Positions 19,488-26,838 of a stretch of 43,262 bases of DNA are shown piece by piece (position 1 is the stretch's first letter; the number at the start of each line of letters is the position of its first letter). The DNA comes from a virus. The stretch lies in UHGV virus genome UHGV-1377064. One strand, given 5' to 3'. The position numbers and the translations under genes were made by a program. Below the pieces are notes generated by a model. The model was not told the DNA's origin. It made no database searches and saw only the letters and a list, made by a program, of their open reading frames with translations.

Positions 19488-19802
19488 ATGTGCTTTTCAA
19501 AAAGAATGAAACAATCAAGAGAAAAACAAGGTATGACTTTAGCTGAACTAGGAAGAAAAATCGGTAAAACTGAAGCTACTGTACAACGTTATGAAAGTGG
19601 AAATATCAAAAATCTTAAAAATGATACTATCGAAAGCATAGCTACGGCATTAAATGTTAACCCTGCATTTTTGATGGGTTGGATAGATGAAAGTGATGAA
19701 CAACCACAACATCGTGCAGCTCATCTTGAAGGTGAATTAACAGATGAAGAATGGCAACGTGTGCTAGATTATGCAGATTATATAAGAAGCAAACGCAAAT
19801 AA
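19488..19802 (+). CDS. cI-like repressor (short XRE HTH protein, no peptidase domain)
   Basis: HTH 'MTLAELGRKIGKTEATVQRYESG'. RBS aaaggag upstream. Confidence 0.5.
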   Translation: MCFSKRMKQSREKQGMTLAELGRKIGKTEATVQRYESGNIKNLKNDTIESIATALNVNPAFLMGWIDESDEQPQHRAAHLEGELTDEEWQRVLDYADYIRSKRK

Positions 19803-19813
19803 AGGGTGTTTTT

Positions 19814-20275
19814 ATGGGGTTATATGAAAAAATGTTAATAGAACATGATTATATAGAAGTCAGAGAGACAAATGTTATGCCTAATAACCTACACGGTCTA
19901 TGGTTAGGTGATTTAATTTTAATTAAGCGAAACTTATCAGAAGTACGAAAAGCCGAAGTATTATACGAAGAACTAGCACACCATAAACTTACATATGGAA
20001 ACATCTTAGACCAATCTAAATTCAACAACCGTAAATTTGAAAACTACGCTAGGCGTTACGGATATGAAGCTGCTCTACCTTTGCGCATTCTTGTGGAGGC
20101 GCATAACTATGGTGTTAGTAACTTATATGAATTAGCTGAATATGTTCAATTAAGCGAAGAATATATAGCAGAAATATTGAAACATTACAAAAATAAATAT
20201 GGTATTGGAACTAACTACGGAGAATACTTAATTACATTTGATCCGTTAAGAGTTTTTAAATATAAAGAAATATAA
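19814..20275 (+). CDS. ImmA/IrrE-like (DUF955-type) putative metallopeptidase partner of the repressor
   Basis: Sits directly after the XRE gene. Contains 'YEELAHHKL'. The ORF track extends to 19751, but the ATG at 19814 after the repressor stop is the more plausible start. Confidence 0.3.
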   Translation: MGLYEKMLIEHDYIEVRETNVMPNNLHGLWLGDLILIKRNLSEVRKAEVLYEELAHHKLTYGNILDQSKFNNRKFENYARRYGYEAALPLRILVEAHNYGVSNLYELAEYVQLSEEYIAEILKHYKNKYGIGTNYGEYLITFDPLRVFKYKEI

Positions 20276-20293
20276 AAAAAGGAGAAATGTAGA

Positions 20294-20770
20294 ATGAAAA
20301 AACCGCCGCATAACCGACTTACATTTAAAGAAAGTATGACAGAAGGCAAATATCTGACGACAATAACTAAAGAAGAAAAAATTCGTTATAAAAAATTATC
20401 TATTGAAGAAAAAAGAAAAGTATTAAATGATTTCAACGCTTCTACACCGAAAAAGGACGACAAAGTTAGCTTATTCGATTATATGAAACGCACTATGTTA
20501 AAACATGGTTTAGACGAAGTGACTTCTATTACAGAAAATGCTGTTTTAAAAAACGAACCAGGCAAACATATCGACAGTTTTATGACGCGATTAAGTAGTT
20601 TTTCAACAACAAAAGATGGAACAACTGTTTTCACATATGAGTTAATCAATCAAAACTTTGTCGTTATAAAAATATTAGATGAACAACTGAAACAAAATAA
20701 AAAGATAATAGAACAAAATAACGAAATTATCAGTTTACTTAAACAAATAGCTAATAAAGGAGCAATGTAG
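20294..20770 (+). CDS. hypothetical 158-aa protein (cassette gene)
   Basis: RBS aaggag. Bounded on both sides by near-identical 21-bp blocks. Confidence 0.4.
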   Translation: MKKPPHNRLTFKESMTEGKYLTTITKEEKIRYKKLSIEEKRKVLNDFNASTPKKDDKVSLFDYMKRTMLKHGLDEVTSITENAVLKNEPGKHIDSFMTRLSSFSTTKDGTTVFTYELINQNFVVIKILDEQLKQNKKIIEQNNEIISLLKQIANKGAM

Positions 20771-20771
20771 A

Positions 20772-21254
20772 ATGAAAAAGGTTTTAGTTTTAATTTTAAG
20801 TTGTTTGTTGGTGTTAGGGGCATGTGGACAAGATGAGGACAAAAACAAAGAAGATGATGCTAAAAAGGTTGAAGTTAAAAAGAAGGAAGAAAACAAAAAA
20901 GATAAACAAAGTCAATCTAAAGAACAAAAACAAGAAAAACCTTATAACAATGATGACGAACCAATTTTAAATGATAACAGAAATGCAAACGACAACAATT
21001 CAAATCAACAGAACAATAAACAAAATCAAAATGTAGATAAAATTGATAACAATGCGTACAACCAACAGCAAAACGGTCAAGTAAATCAAAAAGAAAATAC
21101 AGAAAATGGACTTGACCCAAACTTCGTACGACATAATGACAACATGGTAAAAGAATGGCAAAATCAAATGCGAGAACACAACGAAAACTTTAATCCTGAA
21201 TCTGGTGGAGATTTGTATAACGTCGAAACCGGTAACTACGTTGATGATGAATAA
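20772..21254 (+). CDS. prophage lipoprotein with a low-complexity N/Q/K-rich mature region
   Basis: Signal peptide 'MKKVLVLILSCLLVLGAC' with a lipobox-like LGAC. Confidence 0.5.
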   Translation: MKKVLVLILSCLLVLGACGQDEDKNKEDDAKKVEVKKKEENKKDKQSQSKEQKQEKPYNNDDEPILNDNRNANDNNSNQQNNKQNQNVDKIDNNAYNQQQNGQVNQKENTENGLDPNFVRHNDNMVKEWQNQMREHNENFNPESGGDLYNVETGNYVDDE

Positions 21255-21305
21255 AATTATGGGGTAGTCCACCTACCCTTATTATTTTTTTTACTTTTTT
21301 AAGGG

Positions 21306-22685
21306 GTGATGAATTATGAACGTAGCTATTTACGTTCGTGTCAGGTCAGTACATTAGAACAAAAAGAACATGGCTATTCTATTGAAGAACAAGAAAGGAA
21401 GCTCAAATCATTTTGTGAGATAAACGATTGGAGTGTATCAGATGTATTTATTGACGCTGGTTTCTCTGGCGCTAAGCGTGACAGACCGGAATTACAACGT
21501 ATGATGAATGATATTAAACGGTTTGATTTAGTTTTAGTGTATAAGTTAGACAGGCTTACACGTAATGTGCGTGATCTACTTGATTTATTAGAGGTATTCG
21601 AACAGAATAACGTAGCATTCAGAAGTGCTACTGAAGTTTATGATACATCTACAGCTATGGGTAGACTGTTTGTTACGTTAGTTGGTGCTATGGCAGAGTG
21701 GGAAAGAGAAACCATTAGAGAGCGTGTTATGATGGGTAAACGCGCAGCGATTAAACAAGGTATGATACTCACACCACCACCCTTTTATTATGATCGTGTA
21801 GATAACACTTACATTCCTAATGATTATAAAAAAGTAGTTTTATGGGCATACGACGAAGTGATGAAAGGTAATAGTTCAAAAGCTATAGCTAGAAAATTAA
21901 ACGATTCAGATATACCACCTCCTAATGGCAAAAGGTGGGAAGATAGAACAATAACGAGAGCGCTAAGAAACCCTATAACAAGAGGTCATTATACTTGGGG
22001 AGATGTATTTATAGAAAACTCTCACGAGCCTATTATTACCGAAGAAATGTATCAACAAATAAAAGAAAGGCTAGAAGAACGAATCAATACTAAAATAGTC
22101 AGTCACGTATCAGTGTTCAGAGGTAAATTTATTTGTCCGAGATGTGGTGGCACATTAACAATGAATACAGTGACAAGAAAGAGAAAGAAAGGTTATGTTA
22201 CCTATAAAACGTATTATTGCAACACATGTAAAGCTAAAAAGGAGAGTTTCGGTTTTTCAGAGAATGAAGCATTGAGAGTGTTTCGTGACTACCTATCTGA
22301 ATTAGATTTAGACAAATACAAAGTAAAGACAAAACAAAACGATGATGTTGTTACTATTGATATAGATAAAATTATGGAACAACGTAAAAGGTATCATAAA
22401 TTATATGCTAAAGGGTTAATGCAAGAAGAAGAATTATTTGAATTGATTAAAGAAACAGACGAAACAATCGCAGAATATGAAAAACAAAAAGAATTAGTAC
22501 CCAGAAAAATACTAGATATAGATAAGATAAAAAGTTTTAAAAATGTATTGTTGGAATCATGGAATATATTCTCGTTAGAAGATAAAGCCGACTTTATTAA
22601 AATGGCTATTAAATCTATAGACATAGAGTATGTAGAGCTTAAGAATAGGCATTCCATTGAAATAAAAGAGATAGAATTTTATTAA
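21306..22685 (+). CDS. int: large serine recombinase (integrase). The N-terminus is frameshifted by a 5-bp duplication.
   Basis: 'STLEQKEHGYSIEEQ' resolvase catalytic region. Recombinase domain present. C-terminal zinc ribbon 'CPRCGG...CNTCK'. Confidence 0.7.
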   Translation: MMNYERSYLRSCQVSTLEQKEHGYSIEEQERKLKSFCEINDWSVSDVFIDAGFSGAKRDRPELQRMMNDIKRFDLVLVYKLDRLTRNVRDLLDLLEVFEQNNVAFRSATEVYDTSTAMGRLFVTLVGAMAEWERETIRERVMMGKRAAIKQGMILTPPPFYYDRVDNTYIPNDYKKVVLWAYDEVMKGNSSKAIARKLNDSDIPPPNGKRWEDRTITRALRNPITRGHYTWGDVFIENSHEPIITEEMYQQIKERLEERINTKIVSHVSVFRGKFICPRCGGTLTMNTVTRKRKKGYVTYKTYYCNTCKAKKESFGFSENEALRVFRDYLSELDLDKYKVKTKQNDDVVTIDIDKIMEQRKRYHKLYAKGLMQEEELFELIKETDETIAEYEKQKELVPRKILDIDKIKSFKNVLLESWNIFSLEDKADFIKMAIKSIDIEYVELKNRHSIEIKEIEFY

Positions 22686-22691
22686 CATATG

Positions 22692-22745
22692 TACGGAAGT
22701 ATAGACACTTGATTAATATTTAATGTGTATACTTCCGTATTTTTG
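22692..22745 (+). terminator. rho-independent terminator downstream of int
   Basis: Perfect 12-bp stem TACGGAAGTATA / TATACTTCCGTA with a 24-nt loop, followed by TTTTTG. Confidence 0.5.
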
Positions 22746-22805
22746 TTTATAGAACCCGTTGAATTCGACGGGTTTTGATTATCCGTGTCGAAATCGAGGC
22801 GTTTG

Positions 22806-22839
22806 AAATAAAAAACCACCACACTCAAAAGAATGTGGT
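22806..22839 (-). terminator. putative minus-strand terminator
   Basis: Stem accaca / tgtggt with a 10-nt loop, preceded on the plus strand by AAATAAAAAA. Confidence 0.35.
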
Positions 22840-23040
22840 AGCAAAAATTATAAAGGAGTAAAAAAGATTAAATTGTATGTAATTTAATTGTAGCATAGAT
22901 CGTGTAACCAATGTAGTGTTAAACTATGTTTTTTTAATATCAATCTAACATCTACATATTATAGACATAATTATAATTTATAAGAGGGTAGCCATAGCGA
23001 CTACCCTTGTATAATGACGTGGTGATTTAATTATATCACA

Positions 23041-23967
23041 CTAAGATTTTTCGATGTAATCACTATAATACGCCCACCGATATTTTTCACCTGTATTAGG
23101 ATTACGCCCTGCATATTTCCTTTTCCCTCTGCAAACCATGACAATGTTATTTTCTTGTTTTAAATCAACTTCATCTATAGCTTCTTTAATACTTCCGAAA
23201 ATTTTATTATCGTTTAATCTAACAACTTTTCTAGTATTGTTTTTAGCTCCACCCCTCGGATTATATTCACCTAATTTTTTAAGAATAGACACTATTTTCT
23301 TTCTATATAATCCTGTTTCCCTGCTAATTTCCAAAAAAGATATTCCTTTTTTGTGTTGATCAATTAAGTACTTAACATCAACATTTAATATACGCGTCAT
23401 TACGGCGTTTTTTAAACTGTTTTTGTCGTAAACATTTAATATATCACTTAATTTTGAGTTTTTTATTTCTTTTAAAATATAATCCATATCAGATTTACTG
23501 CAGTTTATAGCTACATAGTCCATTTCATTCTTTAAGCAATATTCTTCTTTAATTTTGTCTGAAAACAACATTCTATCGTTATACCACTTAGAGTTTTTTC
23601 TAACATCATAATGCTGTTCGCCATGCATTTCTATACATATATTTTCTTTTGGTAAATAAAAATCAAAAGGCAACACATCTTTATAAACGCAATTGTCAAA
23701 TCTCATTTGTGAAATATAAAAGATGTTGTTATCCTTTAATAATTGTTCCATTAACCTTTCTGAATAAGATCTGTTATCAGCACACACTTTACATTTAAAA
23801 CCTCTTCTTTTGATTTCTCCAGGGCTTTTTACTAGTTGTGTTTTACAATTAGGGCATACCCACAATATTTTTTGGGTGCTAGAACTACCTAGTTTTTTAG
23901 CGTGTTCTTTATCTTTAACAAATCTTCTGAGATAATCATTTTCATAAACCGTTTCTTTTATTGGCAT
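23041..23967 (-). CDS. moron: Zn-ribbon, PD-(D/E)XK (DUF559/Vsr-like) nuclease-like domain, HTH and NUMOD-like C-terminal DNA-binding region; homing-endonuclease-like
   Basis: 'CPNCK...CKVC' zinc ribbon. 'FDFYLPKENICIEMHGEQHYD' nuclease-like segment. 'GISFLEISRETG' HTH. C-terminal 'IFGSIKEAIDEV...VCRGKRKYAG...YRWAY' resembles a NUMOD-type DNA-binding tail. Confidence 0.4.
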   Translation of the reverse strand: MPIKETVYENDYLRRFVKDKEHAKKLGSSSTQKILWVCPNCKTQLVKSPGEIKRRGFKCKVCADNRSYSERLMEQLLKDNNIFYISQMRFDNCVYKDVLPFDFYLPKENICIEMHGEQHYDVRKNSKWYNDRMLFSDKIKEEYCLKNEMDYVAINCSKSDMDYILKEIKNSKLSDILNVYDKNSLKNAVMTRILNVDVKYLIDQHKKGISFLEISRETGLYRKKIVSILKKLGEYNPRGGAKNNTRKVVRLNDNKIFGSIKEAIDEVDLKQENNIVMVCRGKRKYAGRNPNTGEKYRWAYYSDYIEKS

Positions 23968-23995
23968 AATTCCACCTCGTTAATTAATACACCTT

Positions 23996-24004
23996 ATTAT
24001 ACCA
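23996..24004 (-). promoter_or_regulatory. extended -10 promoter (TGgTATAAT) for the moron
   Basis: Lies 29 nt upstream of the ATG. RBS gaggtgg is in the leader. Confidence 0.35.
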
Positions 24005-24013
24005 TTTTTTATG

Positions 24014-24036
24014 TAAAAAAAGCGGGTTTCCCCGCT
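24014..24036 (-). terminator. rho-independent terminator after the endolysin gene
   Basis: Stem agcggg / cccgct with loop tttc, followed on the minus strand by TTTTTTT. Confidence 0.6.
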
Positions 24037-24044
24037 TGATATAG

Positions 24045-25427
24045 TTATTTCCACTTTATCTTTCCATATAATTTCTTCTCTTTTTTTATCCGTTCTTGTT
24101 TGTCAGTAATTTCACCCAAAGCGCAATAAAAATAACCAGAACTAGGATTAGTCGGGTATTTAAATTTACCCCACCATAATTTTTTCTTAGTGTCTTTGTA
24201 TAATTGAACAATATCTACCCAATCGTCTTTTCCGTACAACCAAGAACCTTTTTCTACAATTTCGCCGTTGGGTTTTTTTCTAACTTTAATTGTTGTGTTC
24301 GGATAAAATCTACCTTTCCAATCCCATGTTTTTTTTACACTTTTAACTTTACCTGCACTTGTACCTCCAATTGGCTTGCCGTTAATAGCGCTTGCTATTG
24401 ACTTTGTGAAAGGTTTTATATTTTCATTAATATACTTCATATCTTTATATGAAGTAATGAACCCCAATTCAACAAGTCTATAGTCTATACCAATATCATT
24501 AGCAACATTACAGTTTAATAAGTCGTTACGTTGAGTTATCCCTCTTATAGTACCAACACTTTGTTTTAGTGCTGCTTGGATGTTTTTATCCGTTATATTA
24601 GCAGGATAACCGGCTGGAATGATTGTATGTCCACCTGTAGCTTTAGGACCTGCACTATCTAAATGAAATTCAATAACAGTATCATATCCTTGAGATTTTA
24701 CCCAATATAAGCCATAATCTCTGTGATTACCGACTCTTACTCCATAGGCTGTATCCTGATACATATCTTGCTTTTTTCCATATATACCAACAGTATGTCC
24801 TGCATCTTTCAAATATTTTGATACATTATCAACAATGTTTTTTCTTATAAAATCACGTTCGTTATAACCATTACCAATAGCACCAGGATCATTATACCCA
24901 TGACCAGCAACGATCATCACTTTTCTTTTTTTAACTTTTTTTACAGGTTTAGGTTTAGTTGTTTTTGCTTTAATTTTACTTACTTTTGTTTCTTTAGAAT
25001 ACAGAGGTTCTACAAAATACATATCAGGGTGATATTCGTGGTATATTGTTTGAGCAACCTCTGGCGGATTATTTCTTGCCCCGCCATACCAATTTTGATC
25101 CAAACTATAGAAATAATTTTGAGTAGCACTTTCTATAATAGCAACATGACCACATCCGTTACCATATTCGTAAGGAAAAACAACTAAAGTACCTTTTTTA
25201 GGAATATAAGAGTTATAATTTTTTACAACATTCGCGTATCCGTTAAAATCATTAACAAAAGGTATATCTTTAGCGTACATACCACTTAAAGTATGACCTG
25301 TTACGTAGTACCAATATTGATTGGCTAAATCAAAACATTGTGCGCCATAAACACCGTCGAAATCCCACCAATAACCTTTTAACCTGTCTAAATAAGCATG
25401 CGCTTGATTTCTAGTTTTATTTGTCAT
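24045..25427 (-). CDS. endolysin: CHAP peptidase, amidase_3-type N-acetylmuramoyl-L-alanine amidase and SH3b cell-wall-binding domain
   Basis: CHAP 'GAQCFDLANQYWYY...GHVAIIE'. Amidase 'MIVAGHGYNDPGAIG'. SH3b-like C-terminus 'WKGRFYPNTTIKVRKKPNGEIV'. Confidence 0.85.
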   Translation of the reverse strand: MTNKTRNQAHAYLDRLKGYWWDFDGVYGAQCFDLANQYWYYVTGHTLSGMYAKDIPFVNDFNGYANVVKNYNSYIPKKGTLVVFPYEYGNGCGHVAIIESATQNYFYSLDQNWYGGARNNPPEVAQTIYHEYHPDMYFVEPLYSKETKVSKIKAKTTKPKPVKKVKKRKVMIVAGHGYNDPGAIGNGYNERDFIRKNIVDNVSKYLKDAGHTVGIYGKKQDMYQDTAYGVRVGNHRDYGLYWVKSQGYDTVIEFHLDSAGPKATGGHTIIPAGYPANITDKNIQAALKQSVGTIRGITQRNDLLNCNVANDIGIDYRLVELGFITSYKDMKYINENIKPFTKSIASAINGKPIGGTSAGKVKSVKKTWDWKGRFYPNTTIKVRKKPNGEIVEKGSWLYGKDDWVDIVQLYKDTKKKLWWGKFKYPTNPSSGYFYCALGEITDKQERIKKEKKLYGKIKWK

Positions 25428-25699
25428 TAATCATTACCTCCAATTGGTGCTTTACCATTTGTGTTTTCTGTACCTGCTTTAACTTCATGCAATTTTTGTT
25501 GTCCTTTTTGTGCTGCGTGAGAGAAATTATTGTTTTTCCACCAAGTCCACAAAGAAATTGCACCAGTAATAATAGAACTGATAGTCACTTCGTCTACCGG
25601 AATAGGTGAAATATGTTTCGTAGCTAAAAATTGGTTAACCCAAGCTAAAATAAATACGATTGTTCTTACAATTGAACCTACATCTGTTTTCATACTCAT
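25427..25699 (-). CDS. holin
   Basis: 90 aa with two transmembrane segments and a charged C-terminus. Lies immediately upstream of the endolysin gene and overlaps it. Confidence 0.6.
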   Translation of the reverse strand: MSMKTDVGSIVRTIVFILAWVNQFLATKHISPIPVDEVTISSIITGAISLWTWWKNNNFSHAAQKGQQKLHEVKAGTENTNGKAPIGGND

Positions 25700-25748
25700 A
25701 TCTCCTTTTAGATAAATTAAAAAGCCAACGCATTGCGTTGACTCGATT

Positions 25749-26276
25749 TTATTTATTCTCTTTTATTAACTTTTTATCTTCGATAGAATGATCATTATAG
25801 ATATATTTAACCTCTATAGATCCTTCAGAAGTTTCATCTAATATGCCTAAAACATCAGGATTAGTCGTGATATTATCTATCTCTTGTAATTTAATAGGTT
25901 CGTCTAAACTATCGAATTTTACAATAGCGTTGACTTTGAACTGTTTAGGCAACTCTGTTTTAGTGCTGTAACAATAGTTTATAAAATCTTGTAAATTAAA
26001 GAGCTTTTTGTTTTCTAGATTAGATACATAACCATTAAACATCCATTCTAAGTTACTTTTTAAGATTTCATCGACTTCATTGCCGTCAGTAAATATAGCA
26101 ACTTGTATAGGCTCAACTACACCCTCTGTATATTGTAATAACCAATAGTCAATTGTTTTCTTATTAGATAACCAATCCTCTTTCATTATCTTAACTACTT
26201 CTTCGGCGATAGGTTTAGCCATTAGTTCAATCCATTGCCCTTTTTCTTTGTCGAAAATTTTAGGTATAGCTTTCAT
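25749..26276 (-). CDS. tail/baseplate-associated hypothetical protein
   Basis: By position in the tail-lysis module. Confidence 0.3.
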   Translation of the reverse strand: MKAIPKIFDKEKGQWIELMAKPIAEEVVKIMKEDWLSNKKTIDYWLLQYTEGVVEPIQVAIFTDGNEVDEILKSNLEWMFNGYVSNLENKKLFNLQDFINYCYSTKTELPKQFKVNAIVKFDSLDEPIKLQEIDNITTNPDVLGILDETSEGSIEVKYIYNDHSIEDKKLIKENK

Positions 26277-26785
26277 TATTCATTACCTCCAGTAGTATCA
26301 ATCCAAATTTTAGTTGTGTCATTAGGGGCGTTCTCTCCAATAACAAAATTTTCTTCGCTTTCAGTTTGATTCTTAATTAATCCGTTTTTTACACCGTATT
26401 CAATCATTTCTTGCCATAAATCATGATTTTGTGTATTGATCAATTGCCTACCAATCACACTCTCTGTTACTTGAATTTTCGCTTTATTGTCGGACGGGAA
26501 TACATACTTGTTATCCACCCATATTTCTAATGAATACGTGTTTGCAGGGATAATTTGATTGATTACAACATCACACACATAGGCATTGTCATATTGCCTA
26601 ACTGTAGTGTCGTAGATATATTTGACACCTGTACTGTCAGTGAGAAAAACTTTTGCAGGCAATCCTTCTAATTTTAAGTCTTCGTTGTTATTGTCAGACA
26701 AGATGTATCGCATGTGCGATAAGTCACCTTGTTTAATGCGATTGCCGTCTTGTGAGTCATTTAAATTAAGTACATTTATTAACAT
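26276..26785 (-). CDS. tail/baseplate-associated hypothetical protein
   Basis: By position in the tail-lysis module. Confidence 0.3.
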   Translation of the reverse strand: MLINVLNLNDSQDGNRIKQGDLSHMRYILSDNNNEDLKLEGLPAKVFLTDSTGVKYIYDTTVRQYDNAYVCDVVINQIIPANTYSLEIWVDNKYVFPSDNKAKIQVTESVIGRQLINTQNHDLWQEMIEYGVKNGLIKNQTESEENFVIGENAPNDTTKIWIDTTGGNE

Positions 26786-26838
26786 TAGAAACCACCCTTC
26801 AATTATTAAAGGCTACCCACCGTCAGTGAGTAGCCTTG

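Larger units (their letters stand above)
22686..23040. other. non-coding int-proximal region expected to contain attP
   Basis: 355-bp gap between the int 3' end and the moron. Contains the near-palindrome aacccgtTGAATTCGacgggtt (22753-22774) and an AT-rich segment with short repeats at 22850-22985. Confidence 0.3.

Noticed and set aside
20917-21272. Minus-strand ORFs (20917..21120, 21000..21272) inside the lipoprotein gene.
   Set aside because: Antisense to a signal-peptide-bearing gene with a good RBS. Translations are Phe/Leu/Val-rich artefacts of the A-rich coding strand.
22692-22745. The 12-bp perfect inverted repeat after int as the attP core.
   Set aside because: Perfect arms plus a T-run fit an intrinsic terminator better. 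Serine-integrase attP sites are usually imperfect dyads around a central dinucleotide. attP is more likely further along (22750-22985), but it cannot be pinned down without attB or a host junction.
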